Source: Okamejei kenojei (Eukaryota). From it: a DNA stretch of 64,000 nt. The stretch lies in assembly GCA_035221665.1 (NCBI GenBank), contig CM069131.1, positions 22,878,001-22,942,000 of the forward strand, in the 5' to 3' direction. This document shows positions 1-12,849 of the stretch, piece by piece. Position 1 is the first letter of the stretch, and each line of letters begins with the position of its first letter. Made by a program: the position numbers and the translations under genes. The notes under the pieces are model-generated. The model was not told the DNA's origin. It saw only the letters and a program-made list of their open reading frames with translations, and made no database searches.

Positions 1-95
1 TATCTCTCGTTTCCCTTTCCCCTGACTTTCAGTCTGAAGAAGTATCTCGACCCGAATCTCTGCCTGACCCGCTGAGCTACTCCAGCTTTTTGTGT
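1..95 (+). mobile_element. Penelope-like element terminal repeat fragment (hammerhead-like core, internally deleted)
   Basis: GTCTGAAGAAGTATCTCGACCCGAA...TGCCTGACCCGCTGAGCTACTCCAGC matches the repeat recurring through the window and attached to GIY-YIG remnants at 28.9 and 33.2 kb. Confidence 0.65.
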
Positions 96-774
96 AATTG
101 TATGTTTATGTAACCCTGCTTCTGATTGAGATCATGAATCATTCCTTATTCACAGCAGAGCTTTTGCCTTGAGCTTGACCTATGCTGTATAATTGGTATC
201 CTCAATATCGCTAACATTTAAAGCTGCCTTTGAACTTAAAGGAATATTGAATTGTTAATCAAACTTTTCTTGAAAGATGAGAAAAGGGCTTGAAGAACAG
301 AGCACAGATTTCATAACAATGCCCAAAAAAATATGATGGTTTCCTTGATAGAAACTACATTGATTCAGAATAAATAAATGCTAGCAAATTTCCTACTATC
401 TGCTTGATGCCTTGTTCCCTTTATGATGTTATTTCATGTCAATATATTTTGTGTTGATTGCAATCTTCCATTTGTAAATTAAATTGCTGCAATTAATGAC
501 ATGTCAAACTCCCACACACCCATTTGCTGCTTTGTAAAGAAGGCATTTGTGTTTCAGATCAATGAAATGTTCATCCCTATTCCTTAATATCCAAATAGAA
601 ACAGAGGTTACAGTATTTCAAAACTCAAACTCTGAACCTTCTGAATGATAGAAGTAAAATGCATGCAATAATCAACTCAAGTAATTAACTTTAATATTAA
701 CTATATCATCATCATTAATATCTATTGATTTTTTACCAGGGTCTGAATGTCATGTTAAGGTTCGTCTAGAGAAA

Positions 775-1005
775 TTGATATTGTTGGTAGAGTGACCTAG
801 GTTAAATCCTGACTTCTGGTGCTGTCTATGTGTGAAACTTGCACATTATTTTTGTGACTGGGTGGGTGTCTTGTTAGGTTAATAGGCAACTGGTGGGGTG
901 TGGGGAGAAAATATTGCAGAGAAAATTAATGGAGGAATGGGGTTACTCTGTGATCCAATTAGACCTGAGGTTTTGAATTGCCTCCTTCTATGATGCAGGA
1001 ATTAT
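775..1005 (+). mobile_element. Old, degraded tRNA-derived SINE
   Basis: Weak similarity to the SINE copies at 1710 and 5458 (GGTTAAATCCTGACTTCTGGTGCTGTCTATGTG; GTTAGGTTAATAGGC). Confidence 0.45.
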
Positions 1006-1709
1006 GGAAGTATTATAAATTCTAGGAACTAATAGTATAGAACATTTCTTATATCTTACCGTATTAATTGCTGGTACTTTGTACTACTCAGTGGTAGGAC
1101 TCGGTAAAAATGTGAAAAACTAATTATCGTGGCTCCACTTCTTCCTTTAAGATCAATGGTGTGATTGAATTTGCTGCAATTACACACTGATCATCACAAA
1201 TACTTAAACCATTACAGAGTGGCTCTGGAAGGCTTCGAATCACTTACTGTAAGTGTTTAACTGCTCAGCAGGTTTTAGTACAGTTGCATGAAGTTCCGAC
1301 AAAACAATATTCACTAGGTCTAAATTGTTGAAGTGTTATACTCAAGTGCAACTATTTGCAACAATCTAATTGCATGTCAGGGGAATTTAATTAATTTACC
1401 AACAGGATACACAAGTACTTCCTGACACTGTGGTTTAGAGACATTTCATTTCATTTTAGCCCAGCCAGAAAAGAGATATAAACAATTTGATCAGATGCAT
1501 TTAATTCTTGTTACAGATGAAGTTTGTAAATAATTAAATCCCCAGCATTTGACTAATAAGACATCTGGCACAGTATAACCTGGAGCTAATATAATGTGAC
1601 AACTTAGCATGGCATTGATTGGAAGTGAAATGATGGGCATTGGTTTCTGGGCCACTGCTAAACCAGATAATTATTTTTAGGACTTTCTTGTAGTTAACTA
1701 AATTACTTT

Positions 1710-2014
1710 TGTTTTAGTTTTAGTTTTAGAGACACAGTGTGGAAACAGGCCTTTCGGCCCACGGACTCCACGCCGAACAGCGATCACCCGTGCACTAGTT
1801 CTATCCTACACGCTAGGGACAATTTACAAAACCAATTAATCTACAAACGTCCACGTCTTTGGAGTGTGGGATTAATCCGGAGCTCCTGGAGGAAAATCAC
1901 GCGGTCACAGGGAGAACGTGCAAACTCCATACAGACAGCGCCCGTAGTCAGGATCAAACCCGGGTCTCTGGCGCTGTAAGGCAGCAACTCTACCGCCACA
2001 CCACTGTGCAGCCC
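1710..2014 (-). mobile_element. tRNA-derived SINE (HE1/V-SINE-like), near full length
   Basis: Minus strand begins GGGCTGCACAGTGGTGTGGCGGTAGAG (A-box-like) then GGTTTGATCCTGA (B-box-like); CR1-type 3' end GGGCCGAAAGGCCTGTTTCC with a (CTAAAA)n tail. Confidence 0.85.
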
Positions 2015-2199
2015 TCACTAAAATGAAGCCCTCATCATATTTTAGAATCTTTAAAAAATATTCCAGCAAAAGTCACATAGAGAAAGTACCCTATAACCTC
2101 CTAAATAATTAAAGCATGAAGAAATATAAATATAACAATTGCATGTATAATTGCTGTCTAAAAATTCAGCAAAAATATACAGCTGACTTTAAAACTTAA

Positions 2200-3598
2200 C
2201 TGGACTAAGCGGGACCCGTTGGATCCCTGTCACACGGGAGGCCTGGTCTCGCAAACCATTCCCCCAATGCAATATTCCACCACTCACGCATAGCCCCTAA
2301 TTACGCAGGCGCGGCTCATTTCCCCTCATCCCCGAGCACTCCCTCCCCCTCCTCTTCAAGTGTGGGAGGAGAGGAGGGGAGGGAAGTGGGGTCTATGGCG
2401 GGGTGGATGTGGGGTGGGCGGGGAGGAGCGGTGTGTGGTCGGAGGGGAGGAGGGGTGTGCGTGGACAGGGAGGTGTAGGAGGAGGCGAGAGGGTGGTGTG
2501 GGAGAGGTGTGTATTGCGGGAGAGGTGTGTATGTGGGAGGGGGGGAGGAGGGATGTGTGGGGGTGGGTATGTGTGTGAGAGGGGGATGTGTGTGGGATGG
2601 GGGTGTGTGGGTGTGTGTGTGTGGGGGGGGGTGTGGGAGGTAGGGGTTTGTGGGTGGGGGAAGGGGTGTGGGGGTGGTGGATGGGTTGTGGGGGGCGGGG
2701 GCTTGTGGGGGCAAGAGGGTTGTGGGAGCGGTGGGGTTTGTGGGCGCGGGGGTTTGTGGGGGGAGGTGTTGTGGGGAGAGAAGAGGTGTGGGTGTGGGGG
2801 TGTTGTTTGGGGGGAGGGGTGTGTGGGCGGGGGGGGGGAGCTGTGGGGGAGAGGGTTGCGTGGCCGGGGGTTAAGGGGGGAGTGAGCTCGGAGAAAAGAC
2901 GGGGAAGAGCCATGGGGAAGAGGGGGGTATCACGGGGGGGGGGGGGGGAGGAGGAGCCAACGAGGGGGACCAGAGGGGTAGTGACTGGAATTGGTGGTGC
3001 AATGGGGACTCACAGCGGGCGCTGGTTGCTGGCCGTTCTCCGCCGGGATCAGAGTCTCCGCATTCCGTTTGGCGACATCAGCGGCATCTCTGACTCCGGG
3101 CTGGGCTGGGTCTCCGATTCTGGGCTTGGCTAGGCAGGGTCTCCAACGCTGTGCTGGGTCTCCAACACTGGGTCTCTGATGCTGGGTCCCCGATGCCGGG
3201 GCTGCTTGGGGCTGCTTGGGGCTGGGCTGCTTTGGGTCCCTCCGAAAATTGTGTCTGGTTGGAAACCTCCGCTGGCCATCCTCAGCTCTAGTAAAGACGC
3301 GATAGTGCAGGAAGGGGCGGACCATCCCGGTGAGTGACAGGGGAAAAGACTAATCCGCGTGACGCTGAACGGCAGGAGAAGAGATCGATCTGCGCCAGTG
3401 CGGTTTTTAAGACTTTTTAAACCTCGCTAACTTTTACCACATTCAACCGATCGGAATGAAACTTGGTGCAATCGCAGGACAGGAGAACGGCGAGTGAACT
3501 GGCGAAAAATCGTAGCGCTACCGCAAACCGTTTTTGCGCAAATAGAAGGACCGCACAAACAGGAAGATAACAAGATCAGAGTTTTAGTTATGTATAGA
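2200..3598 (-). mobile_element. Non-autonomous Helitron
   Basis: Minus strand reads host A|TCTATACATAACTAAAA...GGGATCC-AAC-GGGTCCC hairpin (2211-2227, one mismatch)-GCTTAGT-CCAG|host T; no TSD; terminus CCAG is one change from CTAG. Confidence 0.65.
2358..2965 (+). repeat. G/T-rich low-complexity tract (G-quadruplex-prone) inside the Helitron
   Basis: About 600 bp dominated by G runs, GTGTGGG motifs and very few C. Confidence 0.9.
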
Positions 3599-3607
3599 TG
3601 GATAGAT

Positions 3608-3737
3608 NNNNNNNNNNNNNNNNNNNNNNNNNNNNNNNNNNNNNNNNNNNNNNNNNNNNNNNNNNNNNNNNNNNNNNNNNNNNNNNNNNNNNNNNNNNNN
3701 NNNNNNNNNNNNNNNNNNNNNNNNNNNNNNNNNNNNN
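3608..3737. other. Assembly gap (130 N)
   Basis: Run of n. Confidence 1.
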
Positions 3738-3959
3738 ATATTGTCTGCAGGACAATCCAAAACATCACCATCTAAATAAGAGACCGTTTCTGGGCTAGTG
3801 TCACATTACCATACTTCAACTGGATGTGACATCATCACTTCTACAATGTTCAAAATCCATTTTGATGCATTCCAAAACCAACTCCATAAAACCATGTCTT
3901 AACTGTTCTTCAATCAATCAAATGCCATAAAAATGGTGGTGTATTTTATCGTCAATGTC

Positions 3960-4400
3960 TGCCTTTACCATGAGGTGGTCATTGTTTCCAGGCTCTCGCC
4001 CTGAACTTTATTATTAGAAGATAGTGTGGTGCACTGGAGGCAGGTTGGTGGAGGGGCTTGTAGTTACTTAATGCAAGGCCATATGCGTATGCATATGTGA
4101 ATGAGTTGGCTATGGTTTGGAAATTAGCCTCTGAGTGTGTGTAAATGCAAGTGCTGTTGTTAAATTGCAGCTCATCTGAGTTTGGATGACTTTGGTTTTG
4201 GAGACATTACTGTGTAGGTTGAACATTTTCTCATTGGTTTGATGATTAGCTCCACTCCCATGGGATGTTTGTTGGAGGTGAGGTGGAACATTGTGGACAG
4301 AAAGATTGAGAAAAGTATTGGGGCAATATCACATCCTTGCTTGCATTCATCTTCACTGTATACCTTTAGCAGGGCAACATTTTGTTCATTTGGTCTTGCT
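3960..4400 (-). mobile_element. RTE-clade LINE reverse transcriptase remnant
   Basis: ORF 4172-4432(-) contains CKQGCDIAPILFSIFL and GVELI, matching RTE RT motifs (GVKQGCVxAPTLF); degraded. Confidence 0.65.
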
Positions 4401-4659
4401 CCGAGGATCCTGATATTCCAAATCCAAACCACATCTTATGGAGTGGAAATTACTTGTCTGTAGCTGTTTTAACACTAGCCACAATATAGGCTTCACAGAG
4501 CAAAGTTGATGTTTTATTGGTTGTATCTACAGGACTTTGTTATTAACCAGATGCCTTAATTAAGCATTCTTTAGTGCATGTTAACTGTAATGAATTGTGT
4601 TAAATACTTTTGAGACTTTTCAGTGTCATGAGGAACTAACTAAATATACAGTGTTGTGA

Positions 4660-4878
4660 AACCGGGTGGGTCTCCCTGTGACCTCGTAGGTTTTCTCTGG
4701 ATCCTCCGGTTTCCTCCCACACTCCAAATATATACAGATTTGTGGGTTAAGTGGCTTCAGTAAAATTGTAAATTGTCCATACTGTGTAGGTTTGTTTTTG
4801 TATACAGGGCGATCGCTGGTCGGAGTGGACACTATGGGCTGAAGGGCCTGTTCCCGCGCTGAATGTCTAAAGTCTAAT
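4660..4878 (+). mobile_element. 5'-truncated HE1-like SINE
   Basis: CTCCGGTTTCCTCCCACACTCCAAA core and GGGCTGAAGGGCCTGTTCCCGCGCTG 3' end. Confidence 0.8.
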
Positions 4879-5457
4879 GTTTCCATATCGCCAAAGCCCT
4901 ACACAATGGCACCAAAACTTCCTTGCTCTTCTTATCCAAATTGTACTTTAGACGTGAAATTAGCATTTGCATTTCCAGATACTTGTGCATTAGATATCTG
5001 TGGCTTAAGTACAACAATACCCTCTGAACAACAACATCCATTAAAATCCTCCCAAAACAGAGATTTTATTCCAAAAGGTACCAATATCCTTGCAATTTGT
5101 GCCAGGATTTAGAAGAACCAGATGGGTTTTCCATGGGCTATTTCCATGGGCGTTAACCATATGACAATTACAGCACGGAAACAGGCCCTCTCGGCCCTTC
5201 CAGTCCGTTTATTTATTTTCCCCTAGTCCCATCTACCTGCACTCAGACCAATATAACTATATAACAATTACAAGCATGTCATTAGCTTGTAAAATATAAT
5301 TGTATCTACCTTTCATTAATGGGGATCATTGGCACTCACTGCATCAATTATAAACACATGAAACAACAGGATTGTTATCATTTCCTAGGAATTCCTGGCT
5401 AATGTCCCCCCAAAATGGAGAAGGAGCATTTGGAAAAGCATTAGGAAGCTGAGAAGA

Positions 5458-5780
5458 TGGCACAGTGGCACTGCAAGTAGAGTTGTTACCTCACAGCGCT
5501 GAAGACTCAGGTTCCATCCTGACCGCGGCTGATGACTGTTTGGGGTTTGCACATTCTCCCTGTGACTCCATGGGTGCTCTGGTTTCCTCGCACATCCCAA
5601 AGATGTGCAGTTTGGTGCATTAATTAGCCATTTTAAGTTGCTTCTAATATGTGGGTGGGGGTAGAACCTGATAAGGGTTGACGGGAAAGTGGGGAGAATA
5701 AAAATGCACGATTAGTGTAGGTGGGTGGTTGATGTCAGCATGGAGATGGGGGGCCAAAAGATCTGCTTCTGTGATCAAAC
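5458..5780 (+). mobile_element. HE1-like SINE
   Basis: TGGCACAGTGGCAC..GTAGAGTTG (A box), GGTTCCATCCTGA (B box), CTCTGGTTTCCTCGCACATCCCAAAGA core. Confidence 0.8.
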
Positions 5781-7664
5781 TCCAAGCTCGTGTCCATACA
5801 CTGCCAGTGCTCAGAAGCCCATTGTAAATGGAGGAAAGATACATATCTCACTCCTCACTGATGGCCATTTCATCAGCAAGGACAAGATACTATTTATAGA
5901 ACTGTCACACACACTATCACTAAATGTCAATTGCTATGAAGGAGGAGGCAAGTTAAAGTTCCCGTAGAGATGTATAGCATAACCCAAGATTTTCTCAGTT
6001 TCACCAGGGTCACAGTGGGGATAACACCAGCAGACTGTCCACTCTAGCCTGGTCAACCTTTGGGAATGGGGGGTCTTCCCCTCCGAACTGATTAAATGGT
6101 TGCTGGGTCCCAGGATGTCCTACAAGGAGTAGGAAGTTCACATCAAGGTGCAACAATTACCTAATTGTCACAGTTCACTTTCTGCACTGAGTGTGATGTG
6201 TGAGTCACGGAATTTTGAGGAAGTGTTAGGTAGCAACCGATATGCTCTCCATGGTGGGACACCTGTCTATGTATGTGTGTGTGAGCTGAGCTGCGAAATG
6301 TGTGAGTGCTGTCACTGTGGATTGTGTCCATTTCGCGGCTTTTTTTTAAATGATTTTAAATTCTAAGGGTCAGCAGACACACATTGTTAAAGTGAGTGAG
6401 GACATTGAATTTCCTCCTTAACTGTTCCCAGGATACGAGGCACCCACTTCCAGTAATTTAAACTTCCATCCTTTTTCATTTCTGAAAGCCCATCAGACTT
6501 CACAAGCACAAGAGTTGGAACTTTTTTAATTTTGAACTTGTCCAAGGAACATGAAGATTTGTAATATTGAAAAAGGTTTGGGGCGGTGGGGGGTAGGGGG
6601 TTAGGCATGAAGGGGAGAGGGGTGGAGGGGGAGGGGGCTTGGGCTTTCTCTGTCCTTCCTTACATTCCTGTCCTTGCAACCGTTTGACGTGCACCACAGA
6701 CACTTCCAGCCATTTTCTGGATCAGTGGACAGGTCCTATTTAAAAGCTACTATTGTAAGCGTGGGTCAGTAGGTGTCCATGTTTAAAGTACCAATCATGT
6801 TTAACCATGCACTGCTCTGAAGCATTTAAACGTCAAGGCTGGATGTCGAAACCCATTTATTCAGTTAATTCTGATATTCTCCCTTTTGCTCCCATCTGGA
6901 AATGTATCCGGCACTTCAGAGACCATATCATTTTCAAAATTATATTTCATCATAGGGTAGAGCTACTACTTGCAGGAAATGGCAAAACTGGTGAGATCAG
7001 CAACTAATGCCTATCGTGAGGAAGTGACAATAACCTGGTCTCTTGAATCGCTGCCTTGTGATGGGAGTATTGCCATAGCTTTGTAAGGGGAGACATTTCA
7101 GGGTGTTCATGATGAGCAGAATTAGGTTTAATCTGAAAAAAAGCTAGGAGAGCATGCATGCTAAACAAAGGAAGTAGCATGTTGTTAAACTATCCTATGA
7201 CCAATGGATCATATTACAGCCATGCAATGCTGCCATGGTCATGGCTAGATAGGGGTGGGCTATTAACTGGAGAAGTGGAGAAGACGAATATCACCATCCT
7301 TAAATATAGATGAGTTCAAAAGACAAAGTTGGAGTATTTGTAACCACAGTCCAACTGATTTCCGGTAAACCCTCCACAATGATCACACTCTGCTTGTGGT
7401 ATCTACCTTCAAACAGCTGGTCCTCAGCCAATTATATGTACTCCACATGAATTCAAGAAATCAATGATCGTTGGATATAGAAAAAGCAATGAATAATGGA
7501 CCAACCACTTCCAGCTTTCCTTGTAAATCAGCCCTTTCAAGCTTGTGAATCAAGCTTGTGAATCATTCCGGAACCGCTTCCAACACAAGTATATTCCTTA
7601 AGTTTATTCTCTCATCATCTACTATAAATCCAAGCTGGCAGCTGAGTCCTCCTCAGCTAACTCA

Positions 7665-8301
7665 AGGATCTGTCCCACTGCGGCGATCTAATCCGTGAGT
7701 TCAGAAGAGTGTGCCCTCGACTCACGCTCACAGCATGGTCGACATGAGGTCCTAGGAGGTATTTGTAACTCTCCTTCATGCTCGAGAGTAGTCCCCACGT
7801 ACTCGAGGCCTCAGCTAGGTCGCGGCGTATTTTTCAACATGCTGAAAAATGCCCGCGAGTAAAAAAAGGTTGCCATGGAAAAAATCGATATTTTTTTACT
7901 CGTAGGTTTAGTCAAGGAAGGTCGTAGTAGGTCGGCATGTTATTCGTAGGTAATCGAAGGCAATAGAAGGTAATCTAGGGTAGTCGAAGAAAAAGGTAAG
8001 TAAACCGACCGGTAATGTTAAATGCCTGCTAAACTTTATTAAAAGTTGTCTGCCTTCTTAAAAGTGTCTCCACTCCTTCTCTCCCCCTTCTCCCCCTTCT
8101 CTCCCCTTCTCTCCCATTCTCTTCCCATCTTTTCCCTTCTCTATCCTTCTTTCCCCTTCTCTCCCCCTCTCTCCCCCCACCCCTCTCCACGCTCTCTAAA
8201 GGACTTACCGTAACTGTGTCAACCGTGTCTTACCTTCCTGTTCATCACGGGTGTGAATTTCAGACAGCGCTCCCCCTCTTTCCCTGGCCTCCGCCTTGGT
8301 G

Positions 8302-8341
<40 letters not shown>

Positions 8342-8465
8342 ACGGTCGATCCTGCTCGTGGTTTCATTGCTGACGGTCGATCCAGTTCGAGGTTTTTCTG
8401 GCGAGTGCCCTCGAGCTTGAAGGTTGAAGACAGTCGCTGAAAAGTCGCGTTGTGGGACAGGCCCT
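7665..8465. mobile_element. PIF/Harbinger-type MITE (about 800 bp)
   Basis: Termini AGGATCTGTCCCACTGCG and CGTTGTGGGACAGGCCCT with flanks TCA/TTA; contains internal CT-rich repeats and (GT)n at 8303-8338. Confidence 0.7.
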
Positions 8466-9026
8466 TTAGTGGGACACACACACGAATAATACTGGATAAC
8501 AGGGCAATCGGTACGCGTGTTATGCAAGGCCATAAAAAAATTACAATTGCACATGTTTCTGTCTGATTTTTATTCACTTTCGATTGGGAAACACTGACAA
8601 GTTCTTGGGAATACGTTGTTAAAAACGTTGATGGAAAAGTAAAACTCAGTGCATCTGGTGCATGTTTTGCGTTTAGTGCGTGCAGTTGGCGTGAAAGTTC
8701 AAATACAAAAGCTTTTTCCAAACAAGTTTAATATTCATGTAGATCACCTACCCGACAACCATGTTGCATAAAGATAAATGTTGCATAATAGTTTCCATAA
8801 TAGTTTCCATCTCTGTCTTAAAGCAGCCGGGTTATTTCCTTTGCACACAAAACTCGTTGTATTAAAAAAAAACTTTTTAAAAACGTGTCCACCTCATAGA
8901 TGAGAATGAAAATGCTGCTATCCACGAACAACTCTTTGAAGCGCACGAGTATGGAGGGGAAAAAGTCGGTTGCAAGTAAATCATATGAAGTCAATTTTCT
9001 GGCTACAACAGAAGGGCCAAGGAATT

Positions 9027-9130
9027 TCAATAGACAATAGACAATAGGTGCAGTAGTAGGCTATTCGGTCTCTCGAGCCAGCGTGAGCATGGCTGATCAT
9101 CCACAATCAGTACCCCGTTCCTGCCTTCTC
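9027..9130 (-). mobile_element. CR1 LINE 3' end
   Basis: (CAATAGA)n tail followed by GGTGCAGTAGTAGGCTATTCGG and ATGGCTGATCATCC. Confidence 0.75.
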
Positions 9131-10627
9131 ATTTCAATATGAAATGTATCATCGTCTTGCATTACGCATTGTGTTCGATGCATTTCTACTTATAGTATAA
9201 AATATTTTACTCAACGTGCTACAAAAACCTGAGCATGCAAAATGTTGCCTTAAAGCATGACCTGTAAGAGGCTAGGTATTTCCAGATCAATACAACACTT
9301 ATACTTTAGTGGTCTTTCGAAAACTTTGTTTTTAATTCATAAAGCAATATCAAAATTATAAAGTATTATTTGCTCTAATGTGGTTGGGTCAAAATGTAAA
9401 GTCACGCTCCGGCCATAAATTTACCGTCAACTGCGAGTTTTAGGATTATTTACATGTTGCCAAAGAATTTTAAACATTAATGCTAGATACGCGGCCAAAT
9501 GTCACATTAACTCTGAAAGCAAATAGATCTCAAGCGATTCTGAATCAATCTTGCCAAAAAAAGGTGTTACCTGTGCACATTTATTGAATTTATTTTGACA
9601 TAGATAGAGTGCTGTGTGAAATGTAAGAAATAAAGTATATTACATCAACAAATGGGATTTTAAATTTCAATCTGGCTCGATAAGTTATGTTTGCCACTTC
9701 TATTGGTCGCTATAACGTATTGATCAATAGCCTTGATTCGTCAAATTTCGACTGCAATTTACTACATACTTTTCAGAAGACGCTTTCAATCAGATAGTTT
9801 CGGGAGTAGTCCTTGGTTCACGACTAAACTAGTTGCGGGATTTAAAAAAAGAGGACAAGTAAAATTTCTTAAGTTAGAGAAGGGGGTGAGAGGTACCACC
9901 CATAAAGTACACACCAGGATTATTATAAATTGGAAAGCCAAAACAATGCATAAGTTCTCTGCCTGTAGCCCAAACTGAAGAAATTTCAGATGGGACCAGT
10001 TCAATTTTCAGGGCAGTTTAAAGGCTCATTATTAATGCTCTTGTAATGGGGAGGATTTAATGTTGGTGTCAAACCTTTCAAAATGGCGTCAAGGGTGTTA
10101 TATTGTTCCAATTTCTTAATTAAAAAAATAGCTCCACACATGTTCATCTGAGCAGTTCAGAAATCCGTAATTTCAATGTGAGTCACAAGCGTATTGACAG
10201 AATATTTTTGAGATCTGAGGACCGCTCGTCATCTTTCCAGAGATACAGGATGGAAACAGGCCCTTCGGCTCACCGAGTCCACGCTGACCATTGATCACCC
10301 GTTCATACTATTATTGTGGAATTCTTGTGGAGGCTCTTAACAGGTCATACCAAGGGTTTGGCATAGAGCAGGGGGAATCTTCATTCCCAAAGAGAAAGAG
10401 TCTTCAGAGTTAAGTCAGTTCAGGTCTACATTTCTCCTAAATGTAGAAGGCAACATTTTCTTTAGTAGAGTGGCACAGAGGCTGGCAGTCATTTAGAAAG
10501 GAACAGGTTAATAGACACAACAGTGCAGAAAGCAGGAATCCTGCGTTTTGCAGGTTGCTTAGAGCACATTAGTGTAACATGGCAACAGATTCAGGCAGCC
10601 GAGCTCCAGAGGAGAGATTTATATGTA

Positions 10628-10852
10628 AGGGCCTGTCCCACTTGGGCGTCATTTGCGCATCACGCAGATGGCGCGTGAAGATTTTATACATCACAAAATC
10701 CTGGGACGCCTATCACTGCCAATGTCATCACGCACCATGCGTGCTTATGCGCACCATGTGCGCATCACGTGCATGTCACGATGTGCGCGTCGTGACGCGT
10801 AAATGATGTCCCATAAATTACGCGCAAATGACGGCCAAGTGGGACAGGCCCT
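10628..10852. mobile_element. PIF/Harbinger-type MITE (225 bp)
   Basis: TIRs AGGGCCTGTCCCACTTGG / CCAAGTGGGACAGGCCCT, 3-bp direct repeat GTA on both sides, palindromic CpG-rich interior. Confidence 0.85.
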
Positions 10853-11869
10853 GTAGTGTTTTTGGACCTGGTAAATGTGTTTGGCTCTGCACCAAATAGT
10901 CTTATTTGGAGTGCTTTTGAATTCCAGGATCAATAGTAAATTTAGTAACATATTTCCAAAATGTTCAAATGTGTTTGAGTCCAGTAGACTTCACAATGGC
11001 ATGGCAGAGACTAGAGATAGGCATTATGGCAGGGTGTACTATTTCCCCGTTAGGTTTTACTATACAGGATGGAGCTAGTGATTAGAGCATCACGGTGGGT
11101 CATCAGCGAGGTGGGATGGCAGGGCAGGTTGCGTATCCCTCCAATCAGGGCGTATATGGACTCTATGCCCTCGGTGACCACAACATACAAGAAGGTTATT
11201 AGAGAAATGAAATGAAAATCTTAAATGGGCTAAATTTAAGATTAAGCCTCGTAAATCATGTAGTATTTCTTTGGCTAGAGGAAAGGTTGTAGAGAAAAAG
11301 TTTTATGTAGATGAAGAAGAATTCCTGTCTGTAATGGAAAAGCCAGTTAAAAACGTGGGTAGATGGTATAACAAGAAGTTGGATGACACTGAACAGGTTC
11401 AGCAACTTAGGAAATATGTTATTGCTGAGTTAGAAAGGATAAAGAAGTTAGGGTCTCTTGACAAGTTGATGTTGTGATGTTTGTAATTTGGGCTATTCCC
11501 TAGGGTGATATGGCCATTAACGGTATATAAAGTGCCAGTATCTAAGATTGGAGAGTTCACATATTAGGAAATGGTTAGGAGTTCTACGATGTCTTAGTAA
11601 TGTGGCTTCATATGGAAAAGGTATTCTCCATTTACCATTGTCTAACCTGACAGAGGAGTTTAAGTGTGCGAAGATGAGGTTAGAGTTGCATTTATCAGGG
11701 AGCAAGGATATCCTAGTTAGTAATCTGATGCAAATATTACTGGAGGGTGGAAGTGGAAGTCAAAGTAGGCAGGACAAGCAACACAAGCAACTCTGAGGCA
11801 TACAAACATTGTTGGTAGTGCAGCAAGGGAAAGGAGGCCTAAAACTTAGCACAAGGAAACCAGAGAGGA

Positions 11870-11995
11870 GAAAGACACAAAATGCTGGAGTAACTCAGCG
11901 GGACAGGCAACATCTCTGGAGAGAAGGAATGGTTGATATTTCAGGTCGAGACACTTCTTCAGACTCAGGGAAGAGGGAGACATAGAGATATGGAA
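11870..11995 (-). mobile_element. Penelope-like terminal repeat inserted in the Hero element
   Basis: GACACAAAATGCTGGAGTAACTCAGCGGGACAGGC...TTTCAGGTCGAGACACTTCTTCAGACT. Confidence 0.75.
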
Positions 11996-12849
11996 GGTAC
12001 GGTGTGAAAACAAGCGAGAGAAGGTGTTGCAGAATTCTCATCGGAGAGAAGAGGAGAACTTCAAAGGAGGCATAACGAGGCTTGAGAAATTGGATGCAGA
12101 GCAGGTACATCATCAGAAAGAAGCAGTGAGATGTATAAGGGCAGTGTATGAATTGAGAAAGTGTAGAAAAAAGGAGGTTTGATGGAGGAGCTGTGGTGTA
12201 TGGAGGCGGATCATGTAAGTTTCCTCTGAGGGGCTATTTATGATGCACTGCCTTCAGTGCACAATCTCAAACAGTGGGTATGTGGGGATCCGGCTTATCC
12301 CCTGTGTTCAGAGGAGGCAACGTAAGGCATATTTTTGTCAGAATGTAAGACTAGTCATTCTCAGGGTTGATATACTTGGCGGCATAACCAGGTCTTGAAG
12401 TGTATACAGTAGCTGCAGCAATTAAGAGGAGGAGAACATGGGTGAATTGAGTAGGCATCAGGACTGAGAGTGTAGCTATTAATTTTGCCTGTGAGGGAGG
12501 GAAAGGTAGAGGAGGGAAGTTTGCAGACAGGCATGAGTCAGGCGAGTTACTGGGAGCCAATGATTGGGAGATGCTGGTAGATTTGGGAGGAAAGTGTTGT
12601 TCCACAGGAAATTATTAGTACTAGTTTGAGGCCTGATATGGTGTTATGGTCAGTTAGTTAGCGGATGGTGTATTTTATGGAACCGACGGTGCATTAAGAG
12701 AACGTAGTAAATGAGGCTTATGAAAGGAAAAGGCTTAGATATGTAGATTTGGCAGGCAGACGTTGAGCAGCAAGGATGTGCATCCGGTAGAGGCAGGTTG
12801 TAGAGGTTTCACCGTGCGATCGATCACGTCGCTTTGGAGAGCTAGGAAT

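Noticed and set aside
1930-2014. tRNA gene
   Set aside because: A/B-box region is the head of a SINE and continues into the SINE body; no cloverleaf
2316-3325. Multiple Pro/His/Thr- or Gly/Val-rich ORFs on both strands
   Set aside because: Artefacts of the G-rich low-complexity tract, which lacks stop codons
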